From NCBI GenBank assembly GCA_973895155.1, contig OZ316893.1, forward strand, positions 20,402,857 through 20,466,856: a stretch of 64,000 bases of DNA, written 5' to 3'. The notes under the pieces are model-generated. The model was given only the letters and a program-made list of their open reading frames with translations. It made no database searches and was not told the DNA's origin. A program made the translations under genes and the position numbers. This document shows, piece by piece, positions 27,910 through 39,541 of the stretch; position 1 is the first letter of the stretch; the number at the start of each line of letters is the position of its first letter. This DNA is from Marsupella aquatica (Eukaryota > Plantae > Marchantiophyta).

Positions 27910-28082
27910 GTCATGATGATGTTCATGACAGGAGAGAAAGAGATGCTCTGATTATGGAACTGTCTAGTTCTTGTGATGGAACAAGGGGAGCAGATTGATG
28001 TTGGTGTACCTCAAATTCAGCCAGCAGCAGCAGAAGATAAGTCTGAATCATCTACTAGAAGAACTTCCAATCGTTCTACTAG
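27910..28082 (+). mobile_element. Copia-1, left piece (INT-RT linker), 5'-truncated and interrupted by the CACTA insertion
   Basis: Encodes VHDRRERDALIMEL...ESSTRRTSNRST, matching VHDRREGVAPIMEL...ESSARRTSGRT of Copia-2; resumes as RAPTRYGQW just after 39541. Confidence 0.85.
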
Positions 28083-28484
28083 CACTAGAAGAAAACAGGG
28101 CCCTTTATGACCAATCATCCAATGACGAAATTGAATCAATGACCAAAATTTCTAATGACACAAAAAGAATGACGGGAGAATGACTATCCACAATGACCAA
28201 TAGACTGAAATGACAAAATGATAACTTTTGTGTCATTTTATATAATGTCTGTAATGACTGATGCGACCAAAATGACACAATTTTCCTAAAATGGTCAATT
28301 TAGACATATGTCCTAAATGACCCAATAAATAACAACAATGATAAATCAATGTTTAGCACCATTATAGTCACTTTGGACAATGATTGAAATGACCAAAAAT
28401 CTATTTGGGTCATTTTGGACAACGGTGATAAATGACAAATATGTATTTCCGTCATTTTAACCAACGGTGTTAAATGACAAAATC

Positions 28485-28770
28485 TAGGGTCAATCTCAAA
28501 ATAAGAATATATCAATGTTTACAACAACATACTGTCATTATGGACTTCTCTCATAAATGACTAACTCTAGGGTTAATCTTGAAATTAGGATATATCAGTG
28601 TTTACAACAACATACTGTCATTATGGACTTGTCGCATAAATGACTAAATATAGAGTCAATCTAAAAATCATGATATATCAATGTTTACAATAACATACAA
28701 TCATTATGGACTTATTGCATAAATGACTACTTATAGAGTCATTAAAGAACCCAAGAGATATCAAAATTAA
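28485..28770. repeat. 83-bp tandem repeat x3.5 in the CACTA subterminal region
   Basis: ATATATCA.TGTTTACAA.AACATAC..TCATTATGGACTT at 28507, 28590 and 28673. Confidence 0.85.
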
Positions 28771-28869
28771 AATACTCAATAGTCATTCCAGACACCGGTC
28801 ATAATTGTAGAGTCATTGAAGAATTATGAGAATGACTACAATAAGGGTAATGTCAGTGGTCATATTAGA

Positions 28870-31800
28870 GGTCATTTTGACCAAATGACTATATAAGTTG
28901 TCATTCAAGACATCCCTCATGGTGTCATATATTATGGACCAGCATAAATGACCAGTTTTGGTCTACGAGCTTAAGGTGGGCCCGAGTGTGTCATGGGCCC
29001 TACATAGAGGTGAGAACCCCTCCACTTGGTGCGGGACACTATACTCATCATTGTCCAACCACTAGTTGTGGCATTAGCAATTTGAACACATGTCTTTGCA
29101 TTTACTTAAGGCATGATCCACCTTTGGGGAAATCACTCCCAAGTCGTACGACTTTGGAGTGATTTGTCAAAAGTGTCACCATGGATGCATACCATCACAT
29201 CCAAAGGCAAATAAAAGTTGTTTTTGGGTTCTCCAAGAGGTAGTGCTGCACCAATGGAATGGGCAGGGGAATCATGCTTCTCTGTATGGTGTGGGTGCGG
29301 GTTTAGGGAAGAGGAATATTCCAACCTGCCAGGAATCTAAAGCGGGCTCTCTTTGGAGGTACTAGGGCCTTTATTGGGTCATATGTGAGCAATGGACCGT
29401 CATAAATGCCATTGACTACAAGTAGGGTCATTAAAACTGTCATATGGGCAGTCATATAAGTCTAATGACTGCACTTGTGGTCATTTGAGGGGTCCCTTGT
29501 GTAGTCATTAAGCAAAAGCACAAATGACCAGTTTGGGGCTAGGGCTGGAGGTGGGCCCTAGAGTGCCATGTGGCCCCACATAGAGGTGAGAACCCCTCCA
29601 CTGCGTGCGGGAAACTATACTCATCATTGTCCAACCACTAGTTGCAACATAAACACTTTGGACACATGTTTTTGCATTTACTTAAGGCACGATGCACCTT
29701 TGGGGAAATCACTCCCAAGTCATACGACTTTGGAGTGATTTGCCAAAAGTGTCACCATGGATGCATACCACCGTTCCAAACGCAAATGAAGCCCTTTTTT
29801 GTCTCTCCAAGAGGTAGCGCAACACCAATGGAATGGGCGTGGCAGTGGTGCTTCCCTCTATGATGTTTCTGATGTTTAAAGGTATACGAATATTCCATTT
29901 TTGCAAGGAATATAGAGCGGGCTCTCTCTGGCGGTACTAGGACCTTCATTGGGTCATTTTTTAACAAAGTCATGTCATAAGTGCCAATGACCACAAGTAG
30001 GGTCATTGAAATGGTCATATGGGATATCATATAATTCAAATGACTGGACTTGTTGTCATTTGAGGGGTCTCTAGTGCAGTCATTGAAGACAAGCATGAAT
30101 GACCAATTTGGAGCTAAGGGCTGGAGGTGGGCCCTAGAGTGCCATGTGGCCCCACATAGAGCTCGCAACCCCTCCACTAGGTGTCAAATACTATATTTAC
30201 TATTCTCCAACCACTAGTTGCACCATTAGCAGTTTGGAGTCATGTTTTTGTGTTTACTTAAGGGATGATATAATCTTGGGGAAATCACTCCCAAGTCATA
30301 CGACTTTGGAGTGATTTGCCCAAAGTGTCACCATTGATGCATACCATCCTATCTAAAAGGAAATGAAGCCATTTTTTGTCTCTGCAAGAAGTAGTGCAAG
30401 GCTATCGTCCTTCCATGTAATTGTGTCATGTTTGTGCCGGTGTTTGGATGGGGAATATTCTATTTTTCAAATGAATAGTGACGGGGCACTCAAGGAGGTA
30501 GTGTAATCTTCATTGAGTCATTTCTAAAAAAATTGGTGTCATAAATACCAATGACTACAAGTAGGGTCATTAAATCTGTCATATGGGCTGTCACATAAGT
30601 CAAATGACTGGATTTGTGGTCATTTGAGGGGTCCCTTGTGCAGTCATTAAGCAGAAGCACAAATGACCAGTTTGGGGCTAGGGGCTGGAGGTGGGCCCTA
30701 GGGTGCCATGGGGCCCCACATAGAGCTAAGAACCCCTCCACTAGGTGCGGGACACTATCTCATCATTGTCCAACCACTAGTAGCGACATAAACACTTTGG
30801 ACACATGTTTTTGCGTTTACTTAAGGCATGATGCACCCTAGGGGAAATCACTCCCAAATCATACGACTTTGGAGTGATTTGTCAAAAGTGTCAAATGGGC
30901 GCATACCATCACATCCAAATGAAAACAAAAGTGCTATTTTTGTTCTCCAAGAGGTAGTGCAACAGGGTTTAGGGTAAGGGTGTGGTTGTTGTGCTTCCCT
31001 ATATGGTGTGTGTGCTGGTTTAGGGTAGAGGAATATTCTAACCTTGCAAGGAATCTAAAGTGGGCTCTTTGTGGAGGTACTAGGTCCTTTATTGGGTCAT
31101 ATGTGAGCAATGGCCCGTCATAAATGCCAATGAATGACTAAAAGTAGAGTCATTAAAACTGTCATATGAGAAGTCATATAAGTCAAGTGACTGGATTTGT
31201 GGTCAATTGATGGGTCCCTTGTGCAGTCATTAAACAGAAGCACAAATGGCCAGTTTGGGGCTAGGGGCTGAAGGTGGGCCCTAGAGTGCCATGTGGCCCC
31301 ACATAGAGCTTGCAACCCCTCCACTAGGTGCCAAATACTATATTTACTATTCTCCAACCACTAGTTGCACCATTAGCACTTTGGAGCCGTGTTTTTGCAT
31401 TTACTTTAGGCATGATAGAACTTTGGGAAAATCACTCCCAAGTCATACAACTTTGGAGTCATTTGCCAAAAGTGTCACCATGCATGCATACCATCCTATC
31501 CAAAGGCAAACACCAATTGATTTTGTCTCTCCAAGATATTTATATAGTGCAATTTACTAGTCATGTTTGCCCGATAAACTATTGTCCTTCTATAAAACTA
31601 TGTCATGTTTGACCCGATGTTTAGATGAGGAATGTTCTATTAAATTGCAAAGGAATTGTGAGGGGCACTCCGAGAGGTAGTGTAATCTTCATTGGGTCAT
31701 TTTCACGAAATGGTGTGTCATTAATGCCAATGACTGTAATAAGGGTCAATTTGGTTGTCATTTTAGAGGTCATTTGGACCAAATGACTAAAGATGTTGTC

Positions 31801-33340
31801 ATTAGGGAGATCCCTCATGGTGTCATTATGGACAAGCATAAATGACCAGTTTGGGGAGTTTGGGGCTAAGGGCTGGAAGTGGGCCCTAGAGTGTCATGGG
31901 GCCCTATATGGAACTGGCAACCTTTCCACTAGGTGTGGGACACTATACTAACTTACTATTCTCCAACCACTAGTTGCGCCATGAGCACTTTGAAGCCATG
32001 TTTTTGCAATTACTTAAGGGATGATACAACCTTGGGGAAATCACTCCCAAGTCATACGGCTTTGGAGTGATTTGCCAACACCACCATCGTGGATGAATAT
32101 CTTATGTTCCAAAGGCAAATGGATCCATTTGGTTTGTTCCTCCAAGAGGTAGTGCAACACCAATGGAATGGGCATGGTAGTGGTGCTTCCCTCTATGGTA
32201 TGTGTGCTGGTTAAAGGTATAGGAATATTCCATTTTTGCAAAGAATCTATAGTGGGGTCTGTTTGGAGGTACTAGGGCTTCATTGGGTCATTTCTAAACA
32301 AAATTATGTCATAAATACCATGGACTACACGTAGGGTCATTAAAATGGTCACATTGGATGTCATTTAAGTCAAATGACTGGAATTGTGGTCATTTGAGGG
32401 GTCCCTTGGGTAGTCATTTAGGGGAAGCACAAATAACCAATTTGGGGCTAGGGGCTAAACGTGGGCCCTAGAGTGCCATGTGGCCCACATAATGCTTGCA
32501 ACCCCTCCACTAGGCGCTGGAACTCTACTTACTATTCTCCACCACTAGTTACGCCATAATTATTGTTAAGGTATGTTTTTGCGCTTACCCTCCACTAGTA
32601 AGGCATGATGGAACTTTGGGGAAATCACTCCCAAGTCGTATGGCTTTGGAATGATTTTCCAAGACCGTCATCATGGATGGATATCTTATGTTCCAAAGGC
32701 AAATGGAGCCATTTGGTTTGTTTCTCCAAGACGTAGTGCAACTCGAATGGAATGGGCCTGGTTGTGGTGCTTCCTTCTATGGTCCATGTGCTTCCCTCTT
32801 TAGTATAAAGATATAGGAATATTCCAGTTTTGCAAGGAATACGGAACACGCTCTCTTTGGAGGTACTAGGCCCTTCATTGGGTCATTTCCAAACCAATTT
32901 GTGTCATAAATACCAATGACTACAATTAGGGTCTGAAAATTGGTCATATGGAATGTCATATAAGTCAAATGACTGGACTTTGGGTCATTTAAGGGGTCCC
33001 CTATGCAGTCATTTAGGCCAATCATTGGGGTTGTCATATGTAGGGTCATGTAGACCAAATGACGACATACGGAGTCATAAGAGAGGTAACTCCTTACAAT
33101 TTCATTCAGGACCTACACAAATGACACTTGGGGCTAGGAGCTAGAGGGGCTTGGTTTATTGAATACTTTGGAGGACTATTGGTTTTGGAATTTGGTGGGT
33201 TCTTTGGAGGTACCCTAAGGTCCTTTATTGGAGTATTTGCAATTAATGATGTTGCATAAATGCCAATGACAGGAAATAAGGTCATTAGGGCTATCATGTT
33301 GGATGTAGTCATTAGAATTGTCTGTCGTGATGTCATTCAA
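28870..33340. repeat. Tandem array of ~580-bp units (7 anchored units plus partial flanks) inside the CACTA
   Basis: Anchor AAATCACTCCCAAGTC....GACTTTGGAGTGATTT at 29130, 29706, 30282, 30845, 31429, 32038 and 32622. Confidence 0.92.
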
Positions 33341-35849
33341 TACCTATACAAATGATCCATCCGTGGAGCTGGATATTTACCACACAACCCAGGAGTAGAG
33401 GGTTTAGAGTACACATAATATACTGATTACTACAAAACTAATAGTTGCCCTAGAAATGTGTTTGAGTCGATTGTCAATGAGGGTTTTCTATTATTTGAGT
33501 CACCCAGTGGAGAGCTATGAAATGCTAACATTTGGAATGATATATATTTTTCAGACATAATCTATCACCCAAAAAAATGGTGTTACATAGTTACACTAGT
33601 GTCATCAGCAACACCTCCACCTGCCATGAAGGATTAATTTGTTTAAATGAGGGGCGAGTTATGGGTTTAGGGTCAATGTGTTCTTGAGCCATAACTAGAG
33701 CTTTAGAAAACTACCAATTCAAGGTTTCCCCTTGGTCTAAAAGGACCTCTTATATCATTAACATTATTTTTATATTAACAGTGTTGATGACACCTACACA
33801 AATTAATGCCAACGGCTGAGATGACGCCCTGCATTGTGGGAGGACTATCGCATGTAAACGAGAGGATTCCCGCATTCAATTTTACTTTGTAACAAAGCAC
33901 TTACAGGTAGGACACATAATTATTTGATCTTGGTGTGGTTGCATTCATTTCTACCAAGAAACGTCGTGCAGCAAGCCAATGTAGAGCGCAACGGAGGGCA
34001 GTCCTGAGTGCTTAGGTCATTCCATTCCTTTCGAGAAACATCGTGCTGAAGGGCAATGTGGAGCGCAACCGCGATGACAATGTTGAGGGTGGTCCCGAGT
34101 GCCTAGTTTATCATCATAAGCACGTCCGCTGTCCGTTCCTTCTACTTGCACCTACGCCTGCTCCCTCCCTCCGTGCTTCCGTCGAGACTTGACGTTCAAT
34201 GTTTGGCTTTCTTGGCACACCACGTTACTGAATGCTCTCTGCTTTAGGGTGCTTAGCACATTGGTGAGGGTTGCGCAGCGTCGACGGCCTCCTCACACGG
34301 TTTACATGGCCATAGATCCTGGCTACGTTGTGCCTTCGTAGCTTGGTCAGATGAGGTGTGAGGCGTGCTCAAGGCTTGGGTTGTGCAGCTAAGATTGTGA
34401 TCACTGAGCTGCCGTCAGGGAGGAGCTGCGGGAGTTCAAGGGTTCAAGGCAATCCGTGACGACCTGTAGTCGGCGACAAGCTGCTGGAGATTGAGGAGTG
34501 AGAGGAGTGGTGAGGAGCGGGTGAGGATGAGCTGCGATCGGCAAGCAGCTACAAGAGGTTCCATAGCGGAGGAGCTGTGGGAGCTGAGGAGCTGTGGTAG
34601 CTGTCCATTGTTGGAAGGGGAGCTTCGTTGCACTGTCGTTGCAGTGCAACAGCCATTGTCGAACGGTGGTGGGAGGAACTAAGGACTTACATTTGTGGGA
34701 GCAAGTTCGGGCTTTAAGGGTAAGCAAATGTGTGCTCAAGCGATGGCTGGAGCTGGGGTTTCTCTCTGTTTCTTTCTCTTAATCACAACCTGACCCGCTT
34801 TCTGACCCTGTCTCAATGTTCGTGGAGCTTTACATGTGCCTGCAATATATGTGTTGTCTTAAAGGATCCAGTCAGATTGAATGTTCCCATTGTCTGTTAG
34901 TGCACATGTGTTACGTAACTTTCATTTAGGGTAAACCCTACCCACATTACACTTTTCCTGTCCTACTATTCCACATATTGACAGAAGAACACGTTCACAA
35001 CAACACACACCACACTCACGTTCACAGCGTGCAGGGCAGTAGGCACGGGCTAGAGAGGGAGATGGCAGACTTCCGAGATCTCGAGCTCATATTGGATACG
35101 AACCTGGATAGCAGGAATCGTTGCTGATGCGCCATCTCTCGCCATTTTTGGAAGTCAGCCACAAAAAATGCCAGTGAGGAATTTTCGGTCTTCGGATCCT
35201 TCTGGTGGACGAGCAGAATTGGCAAAAGATGGTGGTGATCGTATGGTCGGACGGAGGTTCTTGTGTATGGCCTGGCACCCAATCCTGTCCCGGGGCAGCG
35301 TCTTTGAGCTTGGCCATGGGCTCCGTGCTTTCTCTCAATGTTGTTGTCCCTCCGTTGACTCATCTTGTCAACCTGGCTGTTGGCGGTCAATCATCATCGA
35401 AAGCCAAGAAGGTGGGGTTTGCCCTCAGGGGGTTCACTATATGAAGGGTCATACATCACGTGCGACGGTTTGGGTCATTTATGACCCCCCTAAGTCACTT
35501 TCTAGAAAGTTGTACGGCACCAATCATGTGATGACATGTATGCATTTTGCAATTAAACAACCCTATATTTCCATAGAAGACTTAATAAGTCTTCCGCCAA
35601 AACCATTTAAATGGCCCTATACTTCGTCGCACATGATATGCCACTTCCATGGAAGTGACCCCCCCGAGGGTTTGCCAAGCCAGCGGACACGTCTTCCAGG
35701 AGCGCTCTGAATCCCAGCCCTATTGTGGGCTCCGCCAAGGTGCTGGTGGCTGCCACTGCCCCCCTTCAGAGTGTGCACAATGGCAGCAAGCTTGCGAGCT
35801 TCATCTCCCCATTTCCAGAGTACCAAAGGCTCAGGGATCGCAATTTTGG

Positions 35850-37797
35850 GGGAACCCAAGAACCCCGCTAGCCTGCAAAGGGCTACTATTGTCTAGTTTA
35901 GGAACGATCTGCGTGTCCACAACAATGAGGCTCTGGTCAATGCCAGCAATGAATCTGTGTCAATTCTCCCCGTCTACTGCTTTGATCCTCGTGACTATGG
36001 AAAATCGTCATCGGGATTCGACAAAACCGGCCCATACAGAGCTAAGTTTCTTTTGGAATTTGTGGCCAATTTGCGAGAGAATTTGAGGCAAAGAGGCTTG
36101 GAGCTGATTGTGAGAATTGGGAAGCCCGAGGAGGTGTTAGTCACGCTAGCAAAGAGTGTTGGAGCCGATGCCCTTTACGCTCACCGAGAAGTGGCTATCG
36201 AGGAGATGGTTGCCGAGATCACGAAGGTCACTACTGCACTGAAGGAGAAAGGAGTGGACCCAAAATTCTTTTGGGGAAGTACCTTGTTCCACATTGATGA
36301 CCTTCCGTTCAAGCTGGACGAAATGCCTTCCAACTATGGTGGCTTCAGAGAGAAAGTACAGCAATTGGAAGTGAGAGCTACTATACCTGCTGCCAAGCAG
36401 CTGAAAGGGTTGCCTAATCGTGGCAGCGTCAAGGCTGGAGATATTCCATCCCTTCAAGACCTAGGATTGAATCCAACTTCTGCCAAGCGACCAGTAAGTT
36501 ATATTGTCTCATTTGTTTAAGAGACAATGGCATCATCTACTCACCAATCTCATCGAATTATGTTTCATTTTTTAGCTGAGGATCTGTTTGTGTTTGAACG
36601 TGAAGCCCTCACCCGTTAGTAAGCAAGAGCATATTTTTCGAGTCATGTGATTGGAGTTTTGTCGTGTTATCTATGCTTCTCTCAGGATCTTGGGCATGGT
36701 AAAACCTATGTTAACTTTCAAACCCTTGGGTTGCTGTGGGCAAGGTGAATTTGAATAAAGATATAGACCAACCCAATCAAGAATCTGTATTAGTATTACG
36801 AATATAACAGGATGGGGAATGCGATGGGGATGGTGGAGGTGCCTATCCCTTCTTCCCCCAAGTACTAGTTCTTTTGTGTTTTCTTAAGGGGTTTCAAACA
36901 AGTTCCAACTTCTGTAAGTTACTGATCGCCATAGGTAATTGAAACGCGGACCACTCACATTCAATCAATGCACAGCTGCAAATATGGAGACTTTTCTGTA
37001 TACAATATTGCAGTTCTAGGTCTCTATGTTGTTTCCTTCATGAAGGGGAGGATCATGCGTGACATTATATTTTACAGCGCACTTAAACCTTAAAAGGACT
37101 TGTGAGGAAAATTATTCCTATCTCTCATAGTAAGACAATTTTGCACCAAACATAATCACGTGCCGACTGTAGTCTTCTTTTTGTTAGATTTGTGTCTATT
37201 GAATTTGGTGAGAACCTAATGTATGTGTAGACTGCAGACTCTTAATGGTCTTCAGGTTAGTATTGTTCTCTATATCCCCTGAGGAGTTCTGCGTTTTCTG
37301 CTCCAGATGCATTTTCCACCTCTTAACCTTGTTTTCAACACCGGAAAGGGTGGCTTTTGTGATCTTTCTTTGCCACTTCCTATTGGGAGTTGATTTTAGA
37401 TTTGTACTTGGCTAAGCTGGAGTATTTGGTTTAAGTAAGGTGTGAAGCGAGTGAAGTCGGATTGTCTCTGCACCCCACAACCTCTCTCACAGATATATCT
37501 GAGGGAGAAAGGGAAAAATGTTAGACTCAACTCATAAGAGTGGCCCTTTCCTAGGGGCGATTTAGCATTATCATTGACTTCCCATTTAGAGAGAATTCAA
37601 CTTGATTTGAATGCCTGGCATTGAGTTTTCACATTCTTGCTAAGCAGGAGAAAAGTACTCCATACGGAGGGGCTCTACTGGTAGGAGGTGAAGAGGAGGC
37701 ATTGCAGAGACTCAAGAGTTTTTTGATCAAGACATCAAGTCTGTCCACGAGCAAAAGTAGTGACGGGAAGAAGACTGGCGACAACATCTATGGTGCG
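35850..37797 (+). pseudogene. PHR2: Captured PHR2 (photolyase/blue-light receptor 2, CRY-DASH-like) fragment; exon ~35850-36493, intron 36494-37644/37647, exon to ~37797
   Basis: RATIV*FRNDLRVHNNEAL...LPVYCFDPRDYGKSSSGFDKTGPYRAKFL...FWGSTLFHIDDLPF...GDIPSLQDLG | ...VGGEEEALQRLKSF...NIYGA. Trp->TAG at 35894-35896; similarity stops before the expected NFSCKISPWLA. GTAAGT donor and NAGNAG acceptor, phase 0. Confidence 0.9.
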
Positions 37798-39541
37798 AGG
37801 TACAGACATGGATTGGTGCGAGGTACAGACATGGATCAGCTGTGAGTATTGTCATTCCAATCTAATTTGTACATCATTTTCTATTTGACAGAATGTTGAG
37901 TTGTTGGTTAGTTTGACAGTGAGAATGTTGTGTTGGTTTGTGAGTAATTTACAGACCCCACATTCAAGTTTGTTAGTTTGACAGTGAGAATGTTGAGTTG
38001 GTTTGTGAGTCATTTAGAGACCCCACATTCAAAAGAAGAGATCACTACCATTGGGGCTGTGCAATTGGATGTCGATGAATTGAAAGCCATTGTGAAGGAG
38101 TTGGCAAGCATGATGACTACATGGATGGCACATCACTCTAGTATCGCACAAGTTCCAAGCTCGATAGTAGAAAATGATCGCTTATTGTTTCTAGTGATAA
38201 TGAAGGTAAAATTCTCTATCATGTATTCACTGTCTATTTAATGTAATTATTGTGGTGTATATATGTCATTGTATGTTTATAATGTTCGTGCATGTTTCTA
38301 GTGTGATTATATCTTGTTGGTGATTATAGTTTGTTTATGCATTTTCCTTGTGTGTTTTATGAGAGCATCTTTAGGGGAGCTTCGTGTGTTGCATGGAAGA
38401 CCAACTGACACAGTTAACAGTATTGACATTGTGATTGAAGTGTTTGTAGATGTGGCATTATCATTTGCTAATGCAGGGGAGAACTAGTCTAAGTTATCTG
38501 ATGTGAAGGGGATGAGTGCCCTGTGGAACTTTAGATTGCTCAAGAAACAATAGAAACAGCCAAAAAGTAGTATAAGCAGCCATGAGCCAAGAAGCAGTAG
38601 ACATGATAGAAATAGGTTTGTAGAATGAGAATGACAACTCTATTTTTCTACAGATATTAAGAGTTGTTGATATTTCAAATTGTAGCACTTGACAATTATA
38701 CATCTAATAATATTATGTGTATGCTTTTTTTCAATGTCATTTTGCTTCATAAATTTGCATTGAGTTGAATAATTATTGCGGAACTTAAGGATGTATCTTG
38801 TATGAATGTCAATTAGATTTGTTAGGTATAGAATGTCTCTTTAGGGTTTCATTCAACAAATCTATTGAATGACATGAATTTTTCTCCAATATGACCAATT
38901 TAACTCGAGTCATTAAATACATGATCTAAATGACATCTAAAATGACTAATCTAATGGTCATTATGGATGTTTATGTTTGTGTCCAATATGACTCAACTCA
39001 AGTCATTAAACCCAATTCATTAATGACTAATGTATATCTCCATGTGTCTCTTTCTAATTGAACCACGTGCCCCAATATGACTTGTCTATAATGTAGTCAT
39101 TTTGGACAAGTCCAAAATGACCCAAATCTATTGCCACATGGTGGAATATCCTTTGAGCCACATGTCACTACCTAATTTGTTATATAATGTGCGTCATTTT
39201 GGATAAGTCCAAAATGACAAATGACCTTTGTTCTTTAACTGCCATGTGGCATTACATAATTGGGTATGGAGACCGTCGACAATGAACGGCAATTGACCGT
39301 CAACGGTGATTTTTGGGTCATTTCGGACAGTTTACCATTTATGACCAAATCATAAATTAAGTCATTTTGGATGGTATGAAATGACCACACCTTTTTTGCA
39401 TCATTTGTCCAAAAGGACTATGACCTAAATGTCCATTGTGACGCGTCTGGAAAGACAAAAACGGATGCATATTTGTTTTGTTGAAAAGACCATATGGGTT
39501 GTCATTGTTGCGGTCATAAATAACCTTGTTTTCTACTAGTG

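Larger units (their letters stand above)
28083..39541. mobile_element. Non-autonomous CACTA (EnSpm) element, 11459 bp, Pack-type
   Basis: 5' end CACTAGAAGAAAACAGGGCCCTTTATGACC; reverse complement of the 3' end CACTAGTAGAAAACAAGGTTATTTATGACC. Dense ATGAC/GTCAT subterminal motifs at both ends. Splits a contiguous Copia reading frame (left flank ...ACTAG, right flank TATAGAGCT). No TnpD transposase ORF recognisable. Confidence 0.92.

Noticed and set aside
29642-33336. Repeated short ORFs (e.g. MEG..ALCGA.WH) in the array
   Set aside because: Frames are not maintained between units; a by-product of the repeat.
28870-33340. CRISPR-like reading of the hairpin array, and 7 x 83 = 581 as the origin of the unit
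   Set aside because: The sequences between hairpins are homologous to each other rather than unique spacers, the context is eukaryotic with no cas genes, and no 83-bp subperiod is visible in the units.
35957-36520. PHR2 as a functional resident gene
   Set aside because: In-frame TAG in VWFRNDLR, missing C-terminal exons, and location inside CACTA TIRs.
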